From IMG/VR virus record IMGVR_UViG_2690315922_000010: a stretch of 18,250 bases of DNA; one strand, given 5' to 3'. The stretch comes from a virus (Duplodnaviria; Heunggongvirae; Uroviricota; Caudoviricetes). The stretch's first letter is position 1; each line of letters opens with the position of its first letter. Positions 7,419 through 14,813 of the stretch are shown here, one piece after another. The notes under the pieces were generated by a model. That model did not search any database and was not told the DNA's origin. It worked only from the letters and a program-made list of their open reading frames with translations. The position numbers were made by a program, and so were the translations under genes.

Positions 7419-8077
7419 GGGCGCACCTCCCATTGATTACGGCGGAAAGCGGTGTGACTGAGACTGGTTTCAGTTTCATGGAATGCTTCAATGCAGCTCT
7501 CGTAGTACCGCATTGTGCGCAGACTTAACCCAAGCTGAAGCATCATCAGGCCATCAAGGGTGATGTAATAACCACGCAGGGAGTCACCATAGATGTGATA
7601 AGTACCCGGTATGAAATTGCGGGTAAAAAATTCGCGCGAGCAGTTCAGATACTCGATTTTGTCGACGATGTTCTGGTGCATGCGCTTGAAATGGCAGGCA
7701 ACATGCAGGGAGAAAATAACGGCCTTGCCGTTGACGACTTCGATTTTCAGGTATGGGGAAGTTGGGACTGTAGCCATGATGGCAGCCTCCGATAACAGTG
7801 AATTACCTTCACCACCGGAAACGCCAATTTCGCTGGTGGTGAACTGAACGGGGTTGGCGTAACCGGCGTTATCGGAAACCGGCGCACCTTTCGGTGCCCC
7901 CGTCCAGCCCACCATAATTTGGGTGTGCGCAGACGCAGACGATAAAAAAGACGCTGGCGCGTCATATATCGCCGATAACATTTCCAGGACGCCAATCCCG
8001 GCACCCGCTTTATAAGGTGCTTGGACAGTGTACCGTCCCGAAATTGCAGAATCAATATTTAGGCTTGAAACATTCAT
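7415..8077 (-). CDS. Hypothetical protein, 220 aa, no recognisable domain
   Basis: Longest ORF in the interval and translationally coupled to the downstream 77-aa gene. Weak ribosome-binding site at its own start, so the start is uncertain. Confidence 0.5.
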   Translation of the reverse strand: MNVSSLNIDSAISGRYTVQAPYKAGAGIGVLEMLSAIYDAPASFLSSASAHTQIMVGWTGAPKGAPVSDNAGYANPVQFTTSEIGVSGGEGNSLLSEAAIMATVPTSPYLKIEVVNGKAVIFSLHVACHFKRMHQNIVDKIEYLNCSREFFTRNFIPGTYHIYGDSLRGYYITLDGLMMLQLGLSLRTMRYYESCIEAFHETETSLSHTAFRRNQWEVRP

Positions 8078-8155
8078 ATGCTTACTGGTATTTTTGTTAA
8101 CGTTCTTGGATTCTTGGGCCTGCTTTATGCAGTTGCCTGTATCAACGTTGAGCGA

Positions 8156-8180
8156 GCCGGGTCACTACCCGGCTTTTTTT
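8156..8180 (+). terminator. Canonical intrinsic terminator, plus-strand polarity
   Basis: GCCGGGT (8156-8162), loop CACT, ACCCGGC (8167-8173), then TTTTTTT (8174-8180). On the minus strand the hairpin follows the Rha stop but has no U-tract. Confidence 0.45.
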
Positions 8181-8893
8181 CACCGCTGCCAGCCAATAAC
8201 CTGAAATAACCCCATTTTCGGGTGATACCAGCGAGTCCCTCGCGGTTCTGCTTCCTCCATAACCCGATAAAAAGCAGCCATAAACGGTTCCACGGCAACA
8301 ATTGCGCGACGTGATAACAATCCGTCCGGCGTCATAAACTCGTGGGTATCTGTAGGAATTTGATAAGCGTTCACCAGATTGCGGCATTTATCATCTGACA
8401 AACCGGTTTTTGCTTTCAGTTGGCGATATCCGGCATAGCCCTCACGAATAGTGCCCTTTTTGATTTGCTCGACTGTTTCAGCAACGTGGCTGACTTTTTC
8501 TTCCACCTGAGTGATCCGTTTCTGCTGGCGAACAGCTTCAAGAGCCATTGCAGCAACCATTTCGATTTCGCTCATTGGCTTACGGATCTGTTCTTCCAGT
8601 TCGCGCCAGCGATCTACCAGGCGGGCTGTGAATTCGGGGCAAAGCTGAGCGACAACAATGATGCTGTCGCGTTTGCCTCGTTCACCTTCGAAAAGATAAT
8701 GCTTACTTTTTTGAGTTAAACCTAACCCATTGATATTTTCAGAAATCCCCATTGGGGGAAGCTGAATAATCCTTCTTTCAGCAAGGCGCTCAATGGATTG
8801 TTTAACTTTGTCATGGCGGCTGCCCACCAGCTCTGCGATTTCAACACTGGTCATGGATGCTTTGCCGTTAAAAATTGCGGTGTTCACTGCCAT
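8180..8893 (-). CDS. Rha-family phage regulatory protein, about 237 aa
   Basis: N-terminus MAVNTAIFNGKASMTSVEIAELVGSRHDKVKQSIERL is typical of the Rha (PF09669-like) domain. ATG at 8893 preceded by TAAGGAG; the track's upstream extension is rejected. Confidence 0.75.
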   Translation of the reverse strand: MAVNTAIFNGKASMTSVEIAELVGSRHDKVKQSIERLAERRIIQLPPMGISENINGLGLTQKSKHYLFEGERGKRDSIIVVAQLCPEFTARLVDRWRELEEQIRKPMSEIEMVAAMALEAVRQQKRITQVEEKVSHVAETVEQIKKGTIREGYAGYRQLKAKTGLSDDKCRNLVNAYQIPTDTHEFMTPDGLLSRRAIVAVEPFMAAFYRVMEEAEPRGTRWYHPKMGLFQVIGWQR

Positions 8894-9006
8894 CTCCTTA
8901 CGGATAAATTCTTTTAAAATTCCGCACATTCGTACTTGTTGGTGCCGAACCTTCCTTTAGTTATCCTTTTGATCCCTATAAACAAAAGAACCAAAGGAGG
9001 TTCGAC

Positions 9007-9258
9007 ATGTCACAAAAAAACGATATTCCTGTTTTTCCTATTACAGCCTGGCAGGCTGGACCATTGCCCGGTTATGGTGCGCTAGCATTAAAATTCCAGT
9101 ACCTGGCTTCCCCTATGCAACCACTGGATTCAGCACAAGAAACTCAGTTCTTCGCGCTTACTCCCGAAATGGCTGAGACTTTGATCTCCGATCTGCGCCG
9201 ACATATTGAGACGCTGAAAAAATCCGGTATTCACAGCCCACAAGAAAACAGGCATTAA
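9007..9258 (+). CDS. Hypothetical protein, 83 aa
   Basis: ATG preceded by AAAGGAGG with ideal spacing. Divergent from Rha and followed by a hairpin terminator. No recognisable domain. Confidence 0.6.
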   Translation: MSQKNDIPVFPITAWQAGPLPGYGALALKFQYLASPMQPLDSAQETQFFALTPEMAETLISDLRRHIETLKKSGIHSPQENRH

Positions 9259-9289
9259 TCGAAAACACGGTTGCCACATAATTTCTTGA

Positions 9290-9322
9290 AAAGCGTCGCG
9301 CACTGGCGCTTTTCATTTCTCT
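9290..9322. terminator. Hairpin terminator between convergent genes (possibly bidirectional)
   Basis: GAAAAGCG (9290-9297) pairs with CGCTTTTC (9308-9315), followed by a T-rich tract on the plus strand. Lies between the 3' ends of the 9007-9258 gene and the cro-like gene. Confidence 0.45.
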
Positions 9323-9342
9323 ACGATCAACAAGCATGCACT

Positions 9343-9588
9343 TCACTTCACCTCCCCCGTACGCGCTAAGCTTGGATGTGGAAAAAGCTCTGGTAGGTCT
9401 GGACGAAATTCATACGCTTGGATCTTTCCGTCGACAGCTGCAACCAATAACGGCACAAATTCTGGTGAAATCTTGTTCTTGCAGTTCAACCAATCGCAGA
9501 CTGTTGACTGGGCCTTTCCGCATCGCTTGGCTAAGGCTTGCTGACTTCCAAGAATCTCAATAGCTTTCTCTATGGCTTTATGTTTCAT
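9343..9588 (-). CDS. Cro/YdaS-like helix-turn-helix regulator, about 81 aa
   Basis: MKHKAIEKAIEILGSQQALAKRCGKAQSTVCDWLN... has a YdaS/Cro-type HTH pattern. Divergent from the CI-like repressor. ATG at 9588 preceded by AGGAGA. Confidence 0.75.
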   Translation of the reverse strand: MKHKAIEKAIEILGSQQALAKRCGKAQSTVCDWLNCKNKISPEFVPLLVAAVDGKIQAYEFRPDLPELFPHPSLARTGEVK

Positions 9589-9610
9589 AATCGCATCTCC
9601 TATTGAACGC

Positions 9611-9639
9611 ATAATAACAACAGGAAAAGCGATATTCAA
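9611..9639 (-). promoter_or_regulatory. pR-like sigma70 promoter for the cro-like/early-right operon
   Basis: Read on the minus strand: TTGAAT (plus 9634-9639), 17-nt spacer, TATTAT (plus 9611-9616). Predicted start about 20 nt upstream of the cro-like ribosome-binding site. Confidence 0.5.
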
Positions 9640-9655
9640 CGTTAAACCTAGAATA

Positions 9656-9675
9656 TTTATCGGAAAGCCGATAAA
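9656..9675. promoter_or_regulatory. Candidate operator palindrome in the cI/cro intergenic region
   Basis: TTTATCGG-AAAG-CCGATAAA, perfect 8-bp arms. Adjacent to a pRM-like -10 (TAGAAT, 9649-9654). Related half-site motifs (CGATAAAC) recur near the downstream pL-like promoter. Confidence 0.4.
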
Positions 9676-9707
9676 CTAGCCAAGATAGAGAGGGGAGGAA
9701 AATCGCA

Positions 9708-10400
9708 ATGACATTTTCAGAACGACTTGATTTAGCTATGCGCAACGCAAAATTTACGCAAGGTAGGCTGGCCAAAGAAGTGGGTATGGCTCAGTCCAGT
9801 GTTAATCAACTACTTAACAAAGCCAACGGTTCCAGAAAAACAGTCGAAATAGCAAAAGTTTTGGGCGTTAACCCGGAATGGCTCGCATCGGGTGTTGGTC
9901 CAATGGAAATCGTGACCTCTGCAGACTCACACCAAATACGTAACATTTCTGAAGATTGGGTTACTGATTCGTATGTCGTGGATGTTTTAGACATCAGATA
10001 TAGTTGCGGACCTGGTAGTTATAACTCTGATTTTCCTGACATTGTCAGATCTATAGCGATAGAACCAGGATACGCATCAAGAGTTTTTGGCGGCAGACCA
10101 GCATCAGCAATCAAAGCAATAAACGCCCACGGCGACAGTATGAAAGGCACAATAGACCCTGAAGACTTGGTATTTGTAGATGTATCAGTTCGCACATTTA
10201 ATGGTGATGGTATATACGCCTTTACATACTCTGGAACATCGCACATCAAAAGACTTCAAAAAATCAAAGATACTCTAACGGTGATATCTGACAACCCAGC
10301 TTACAAGGATTGGGCTATCGAACCGGAAGACTTCGAACAACTTCACATTGACGGAAAAGTAATTGTCAGTTGGCCTATGACACTACACCGTTTTGCATAA
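9708..10400 (+). CDS. cI: CI-like prophage repressor (XRE HTH N-domain + S24 LexA-like peptidase C-domain), 230 aa
   Basis: N-terminal HTH (LAKEVGMAQSSVNQLLN). C-terminal autoproteolysis domain with the GDSM motif (Ser nucleophile) and a downstream Lys. AGGGGAGGA ribosome-binding site. Divergent from cro-like. Confidence 0.9.
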   Translation: MTFSERLDLAMRNAKFTQGRLAKEVGMAQSSVNQLLNKANGSRKTVEIAKVLGVNPEWLASGVGPMEIVTSADSHQIRNISEDWVTDSYVVDVLDIRYSCGPGSYNSDFPDIVRSIAIEPGYASRVFGGRPASAIKAINAHGDSMKGTIDPEDLVFVDVSVRTFNGDGIYAFTYSGTSHIKRLQKIKDTLTVISDNPAYKDWAIEPEDFEQLHIDGKVIVSWPMTLHRFA

Positions 10401-10418
10401 GCAAAAATCATTTAACCC

Positions 10419-10444
10419 GCCCACTCTTAAGTGGGCTTTTTTTT
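10419..10444 (+). terminator. Intrinsic terminator after cI
   Basis: GCCCACT (10419-10425), loop CTTAA, GTGGGC (10431-10436), then TTTTTTTT (10437-10444). Confidence 0.6.
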
Positions 10445-10467
10445 GGAAAAAAAAATCGATAAACCGA

Positions 10468-10496
10468 TTGACAGGCGAAATCGGTAAACCTATTAT
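10468..10496 (+). promoter_or_regulatory. pL-like sigma70 promoter for the early-left operon
   Basis: TTGACA (10468-10473), 17-nt spacer, TATTAT (10491-10496). Flanked by direct repeats ATCGATAAACC (10455-10465) and ATCGGTAAACC (10480-10490), which resemble the operator half-sites. Confidence 0.55.
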
Positions 10497-10545
10497 CTTG
10501 ACATAGGTATCGAACTCACCAAAGCAATTATAGAGGATGAGAAAA

Positions 10546-11043
10546 ATGTCATCGTATATGGGATTACCAACAAATCAGCACGATGCTCTTGAGAATATTC
10601 AGCTCTTAGTAGGGGCTGGTGCACTACTGTATAGCAGCAATAACCCTGAGTTAATTGAACTTGCCAGCTCCATCCTGGCTGTAACTCAAAAATATAGCCT
10701 CACCGCGTCACGTTTATGCAAACAAAATTTAGCTATTAATTCCCAGAATCGGATTCGCACCCAACGCGAAGCCTGCGGCTTAACAACCGCCGAACTCGCC
10801 AGGCTGCTCGAACTCGATGAAGAAATCATCATTCAGTGGGAGAGTGGAGAGTATGAACCAACCATCAGTATGCTTATCCCACTGGCTAATGTTCTTGGCT
10901 GCGATCCGATGTGGCTGTTAACTGGCGAGGTTACTCCTCCGGAGCAACCAAAAAGTGAGGAGCAGCAACACCATGACGCATCTCAACAAGTTTGCTCCTT
11001 ATCTCGCGAAGCTCTTCTACGGAAGAACCAATACCAATGGTGA
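10546..11043 (+). CDS. XRE-family HTH protein with about 70-aa N-terminal extension, about 165 aa
   Basis: ATG at 10546 preceded by AGAGGA; the track start is at 10537. HTH segment TQREACGLTTAELARLLELDEEIIIQWESGEYEPTISMLIPLANVLGCDPMWLL. First gene downstream of the pL-like promoter. The C-terminal tail may be shorter than the ORF. Confidence 0.6.
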   Translation: MSSYMGLPTNQHDALENIQLLVGAGALLYSSNNPELIELASSILAVTQKYSLTASRLCKQNLAINSQNRIRTQREACGLTTAELARLLELDEEIIIQWESGEYEPTISMLIPLANVLGCDPMWLLTGEVTPPEQPKSEEQQHHDASQQVCSLSREALLRKNQYQW

Positions 11044-11171
11044 CATAATCGCCGCTTCGCCCCTCAAGGTACATGCGAACATTTTTATCAATCATTGCGG
11101 AAACAGTCTCAATATGAAAACACTTCTGAGACTCGCTATATAGCAGAACATATAAGTCAGCTGAGGAAGCC

Positions 11172-11537
11172 ATGAAAAAGTTCGAAAACATAACTGTTCT
11201 CCATGTTGATGACTTTGATTATACAAACCCGAAACTTCTCCCGAAGGTTGTAAAGGCAATAGATGTTGCCGATATAGTGATTAGAGGAAAGAGAATTGTC
11301 AAAAACAGGCTCGCATGCACTTCAGGAGCAATGACAGAAACAACCTCACAACAAGATGATTATGAAGGCATTTGTCTGGAGCCTGATTCATTTGCGGTAA
11401 ATGTTTATCATTTATTGCATGCAACACAGGTATTACATATGTCAAGTAATCACGAAACAAAAACACTTGGCAGCGAAATTCTGAATTTTGCATGTGAATA
11501 TGCAAAAGCTGCTGCCGAAAAAGAATTAGCGCAATAA
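11172..11537 (+). CDS. Hypothetical protein, 121 aa
   Basis: ATG preceded by GAGGAA. AT-rich. No recognisable domain. Confidence 0.6.
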   Translation: MKKFENITVLHVDDFDYTNPKLLPKVVKAIDVADIVIRGKRIVKNRLACTSGAMTETTSQQDDYEGICLEPDSFAVNVYHLLHATQVLHMSSNHETKTLGSEILNFACEYAKAAAEKELAQ

Positions 11538-11615
11538 CAATAAATATTCCCTGAATGTTTATTACGGTTTTATCGCCGGAGATTGTTGCAACCTTTATTC
11601 GCAGGAGATTATGTT

Positions 11616-11729
11616 ATGACTTTCCTGAAACATAAGGCATCGTATAAAACTGCCTGCCTCATTGCACAACATGGAGATTCTTATCTTCATATAGCCAACC
11701 TGTATTTGCGCAAAGCATATGGGAGATAA
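11616..11729 (+). CDS. Possible small protein, 37 aa
   Basis: ATG preceded by AGGAGA at ideal spacing. Stop lies within the ribosome-binding site of the next gene. Not in the ORF track because it is below the length cut-off. Confidence 0.3.
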   Translation: MTFLKHKASYKTACLIAQHGDSYLHIANLYLRKAYGR

Positions 11730-11733
11730 GTCA

Positions 11734-11922
11734 ATGGAAGAAAAACAACAAAACATAACACATAAAAAAGTAAGAGTGTTGCTAACCATTGAAAATGGTG
11801 AAGTAATTTACTCAAAACATCTGTTGGATAGTGAATTCGTTGGCTGCATGGATACATTTCTGTGGATGGCAAAAAGAGCTGGCTACACGATTATTCCACC
11901 AGCAAAGGAGCAAACATTATGA
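11734..11922 (+). CDS. Hypothetical protein, about 62 aa
   Basis: ATG at 11734 preceded by GGGAGA; the track start is at 11719. Stop overlaps the next gene's start (ATGA). Confidence 0.5.
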   Translation: MEEKQQNITHKKVRVLLTIENGEVIYSKHLLDSEFVGCMDTFLWMAKRAGYTIIPPAKEQTL

Positions 11923-12500
11923 ATCATTCAGAGTTCCGACCAGAAGTTACTCCACATGGCATAAAAATTGGCAATACAACCATTGATTATGTTGAAGCTG
12001 TGCGGCGTCTTAATGATGGTGAATACGATTATCCAAATTCACGCGGTTTAAGAATCCTTCAGTGCCTTGCCGAAGCTGATGATGCCGGATTGCTGGGGAA
12101 ATTTTCCATCGATATGAAGGTTGCACAATGGCGCTGGCTGTATGTAACGATATTTATAAACGAAGAGGAATATAAGAACGGCACCATTGATATCTCGAAC
12201 GAAAACGGAACTACAGGTCGCGCAGTTATTTATAAAGGGAAATATGGTTGTATGGGTATCTACCCGGGACCAATTCGCATTGCCCTGCAAAACCATGTCG
12301 AATGGGGATTTATTGAAAAATATGGTGAAGATGAAGGTATGGGGCGAGTTCTGTTTCTCTATCAAAAAATGCTCATCGCAGATCCTGATAATGGTTTCAT
12401 TGTTTCTGCTATGGGACGCGAAGGGCTTGAACTCCTTCTGGATGAAATGATTAACGACCTGAATACTCATGGTATGCCAGAAGCGCCAGTGACACATTAA
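11919..12500 (+). CDS. Hypothetical protein, about 193 aa
   Basis: ATG at 11919 preceded by AAGGAG and coupled to the upstream gene. The track's longer N-terminus is rejected. No recognisable domain. Confidence 0.65.
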   Translation: MNHSEFRPEVTPHGIKIGNTTIDYVEAVRRLNDGEYDYPNSRGLRILQCLAEADDAGLLGKFSIDMKVAQWRWLYVTIFINEEEYKNGTIDISNENGTTGRAVIYKGKYGCMGIYPGPIRIALQNHVEWGFIEKYGEDEGMGRVLFLYQKMLIADPDNGFIVSAMGREGLELLLDEMINDLNTHGMPEAPVTH

Positions 12501-12546
12501 ATATTAAGAAGAAAATAATTCTTCCAGTTTTTTACTAACCGTTTAT

Positions 12547-12654
12547 ATGAAAAGCAACCGTGAATTAAACAGAGTAAAACTGATTTTAATCCTTGCCACA
12601 GTGGTGACACTAACTGAAATTATTATTCTCTTTATTGCGCTGTCAGTCGGTTAA
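12547..12654 (+). CDS. Possible small hydrophobic peptide, 35 aa (single transmembrane helix)
   Basis: MKSNRELNRVKLILILATVVTLTEIIILFIALSVG. No clear Shine-Dalgarno. Below the track cut-off. Confidence 0.3.
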   Translation: MKSNRELNRVKLILILATVVTLTEIIILFIALSVG

Positions 12655-12677
12655 AAATATCGGGATACCACAGACCA

Positions 12678-12866
12678 ATGAGACTGTATTTCACAATAGT
12701 AATTTTACTGGCAATTATCGCATGCATTTACGGATTACTCGTTCCGTTCCTTATATCCATGAAGGATACGATAGCAGTTATTTCTGGCTTTGCACTGGCG
12801 TTTCTGACCCCGCCCTGCATTTATGCCATTTACAAGGGTCTTTCTTTCACTAAGGATAAAAGATGA
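12678..12866 (+). CDS. Small membrane protein, 62 aa (two predicted transmembrane helices)
   Basis: Two hydrophobic helices. Stop overlaps the start of the SPFH gene (ATGA), suggesting co-translation with it. Confidence 0.5.
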   Translation: MRLYFTIVILLAIIACIYGLLVPFLISMKDTIAVISGFALAFLTPPCIYAIYKGLSFTKDKR

Positions 12867-13690
12867 AAAAAATTATTTTTGCTTTAGCCATTGTTCTGCC
12901 GACTATTGGCCTCGTCGGTTGCGATCGCGTTGAACCAGGTAATGTTGGCATCAAGGTAAATAAACTGGGCGACGACAAAGGCGTCGGTGAGGTGGTCGGT
13001 GTTGGTCGCTACTGGACAGGCTGGAACACTGAAGTTTATATCTTCCCGACCTTTAAGCAGATGAAGACCTACGATGATCCATTCAGTTTCCAGATGAGCG
13101 ATGGAACAACCATTGGTTACCACATCGGAGTAGCCTACAAAGTTGATCCATCCAAAGTTACCACGGTGTTTCAAACCTACCGCAAAGGTGTGGATGACAT
13201 TACCGACACCGACCTGCGCCAGAAGATAGCAGATGCACTAAATCGGCTGGCCAGCAAAATGACCACCGACAAATTTATCGACGGCGGCAAGTCTGAGCTG
13301 CTGGATGCAGCTCTAAAAGATATTCAGGCAGAAATGACGCCCATCGGTATTCAGGTAATGAGCCTGTCTTATGTAGGTAAACCGGAGTACCCGCCAACCG
13401 TTATCGACAGCATTAACGCCAAAGTCACGGCAAACCAGAAAACCCTGCAACGCGAGCAGGAAGTAAAACAGCGCGAAGCGGAAGCCAACATGTTGCGTGC
13501 GGAGGCTGCCGGACAGGCAGATGCAATTCGCACAAAAGCTCAGGCCGAAGCCGATGCTATTCGTTTACGCGGTGAAGCTCTGCGCCAGAACCCCGGTGTT
13601 ATGGAGCTGGAAGCCATCAATAAATGGAACGGCACACTGCCGCAATACATGACCAGCGGTGCCAATACACCATTTATCCAGGTTAAATAA
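12863..13690 (+). CDS. SPFH/Band-7 (stomatin/HflK/C-like) lipoprotein, 275 aa
   Basis: Signal peptide with lipobox LVGC. Band-7 core followed by an Ala/Glu/Gln-rich coiled coil (QREQEVKQREAEANMLRAEAAGQADAIRTKAQAEADAIRLRGEA). AAGGA ribosome-binding site. Confidence 0.85.
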   Translation: MKKIIFALAIVLPTIGLVGCDRVEPGNVGIKVNKLGDDKGVGEVVGVGRYWTGWNTEVYIFPTFKQMKTYDDPFSFQMSDGTTIGYHIGVAYKVDPSKVTTVFQTYRKGVDDITDTDLRQKIADALNRLASKMTTDKFIDGGKSELLDAALKDIQAEMTPIGIQVMSLSYVGKPEYPPTVIDSINAKVTANQKTLQREQEVKQREAEANMLRAEAAGQADAIRTKAQAEADAIRLRGEALRQNPGVMELEAINKWNGTLPQYMTSGANTPFIQVK

Positions 13691-13730
13691 CTTATATGCC
13701 CGGCAGGCCGCCGGGCTAAGGGAAAAGCAG

Positions 13731-14090
13731 ATGAACACCCATAATGCCCAACCGCAAATAATGAACTATGACCCGAATCTGACGTCATGCGGACGCATGG
13801 CAAAACAAACCGTTCGATTAACTTTCGGGTTATGGGAATACCGCGAAACATTCGAAGTCACTGTCGGTGGCAACCTGACCGGACTCGATGTTATCAGTTG
13901 CGCTATTGAAAGCCTGTACGCAACGCTGCCTTATGAAGAAGTCGAGGATGAGCGCGATATCATCGCCACCATTAATATCGGCGGCGTGAAATGCAAGGAT
14001 GAAAACTTGATCGGAGAACTCTGGCTTGCCGGGATGCTTATCTCTGCAGAAATTATCAGTATTGAACCCGCTACAAACATACCGCTCTGA
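13731..14090 (+). CDS. Hypothetical protein, about 119 aa
   Basis: ATG at 13731 preceded by AAGGGA; the track start at 13659 is rejected because it overlaps the SPFH gene. Confidence 0.6.
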   Translation: MNTHNAQPQIMNYDPNLTSCGRMAKQTVRLTFGLWEYRETFEVTVGGNLTGLDVISCAIESLYATLPYEEVEDERDIIATINIGGVKCKDENLIGELWLAGMLISAEIISIEPATNIPL

Positions 14091-14121
14091 AGTTCTCACA
14101 ACTCAGGGAACAGGAGAAAAA

Positions 14122-14364
14122 ATGTTCGCTTTGATTAATCAAGGGCAACTGTATACCGACAGTGCCGGTTACCCGGTAAAAATTATTCGCTGCATAAATA
14201 ACATCGTGTTGTACAGAAGAATGGATGGGCGAACACAGTCGGTAAAAATAAACGATTTTAATGAACTGTTTGAACGGATCGCTCACCAGGAATACCGACA
14301 AATTCTGGCAGAAACAGAGCAGGAAGCTCATCTGAAAAAATTACGAGCCATGAAAAGGAAGTAA
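14122..14364 (+). CDS. Hypothetical small protein, about 80 aa
   Basis: ATG at 14122 preceded by AGGAGA. Typical small lambdoid early-left gene. Confidence 0.6.
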   Translation: MFALINQGQLYTDSAGYPVKIIRCINNIVLYRRMDGRTQSVKINDFNELFERIAHQEYRQILAETEQEAHLKKLRAMKRK

Positions 14365-14367
14365 AGA

Positions 14368-14514
14368 ATGAATAAAGCATTTGAACGATGGGTCCACCAG
14401 CGTTACGGCAATCGCTATGACCTGACACGAGATGTCGACGGTTTCTACTGTCGTGAAATTGTGAAACGAATGTTTGAAGTGTGGTGCCACTGCCGCGGAC
14501 TGAGTGTTGTGTGA
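14368..14514 (+). CDS. Possible small protein, 48 aa
   Basis: ATG preceded by AAAGGAAG, 3 nt after the upstream stop. Cys/His-containing. Below the track cut-off. Confidence 0.4.
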   Translation: MNKAFERWVHQRYGNRYDLTRDVDGFYCREIVKRMFEVWCHCRGLSVV

Positions 14515-14521
14515 GGGAAAT

Positions 14522-14758
14522 ATGGGGAATGTGATTCAACTGGCTCCCAATGAATGGGTGTGTGAAAGCGTTCTTATCGCGATTACCGGACTCAAACCAG
14601 GCACAATTCTTCGGGCCCGGAAAGAATGCTGGATGGTTGGAAAAGAGTATATTCACGTATCACCAGACGGTAATCCAAAGCCTTCCAGCGAGTGTATGTA
14701 TAACAGAAAAGCAATAGATGCTTGGGTCGCTTCAATGAAAAACAAACAACCTGGGTGA
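14522..14758 (+). CDS. Excisionase-like protein, about 78 aa
   Basis: Immediately upstream of int. ATG at 14522 preceded by GAGGGA. Small basic protein with a W/R-rich DNA-binding-like region. Assignment is by position and size. Confidence 0.6.
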   Translation: MGNVIQLAPNEWVCESVLIAITGLKPGTILRARKECWMVGKEYIHVSPDGNPKPSSECMYNRKAIDAWVASMKNKQPG

Positions 14759-14813
14759 TTTAATGCCATGAAGTATGTAATCTCGTATCGCTCTTGGGCG
14801 TCTGGAGGTATCA

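Noticed and set aside
7595-8055. Plus-strand ORFs 7595-7795 and 7611-7847, and minus-strand ORF 7747-8055 in an alternative frame
   Set aside because: Shorter than, and overlapping, the 220-aa minus-strand ORF, which is translationally coupled to its neighbour. Kept as a caveat because a plus-strand terminator at 8156-8180 hints at plus-strand transcription.
10931-11191. Minus-strand 86-aa ORF with a GGAGA ribosome-binding site, overlapping the 3' end of the XRE gene and the start of the 121-aa gene
   Set aside because: It is antisense to the direction of the whole operon and overlaps two better-supported plus-strand genes. Not fully excluded; it would shorten the XRE protein's tail if real.
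13698-13716. GC-rich hairpin GCCCGGC-AGGCC-GCCGGGC just after the SPFH gene
   Set aside because: No U-tract follows on the plus strand, so it is not a canonical intrinsic terminator for the operon. More likely an mRNA-stabilising or REP-like stem-loop.
12884-14656. Minus-strand ORFs (12884-13174, 13540-13851, 13830-14099, 14071-14331, 14258-14656) across the SPFH gene and the small early-left genes
   Set aside because: Antisense shadows of plus-strand genes with good ribosome-binding sites and a recognisable SPFH domain.
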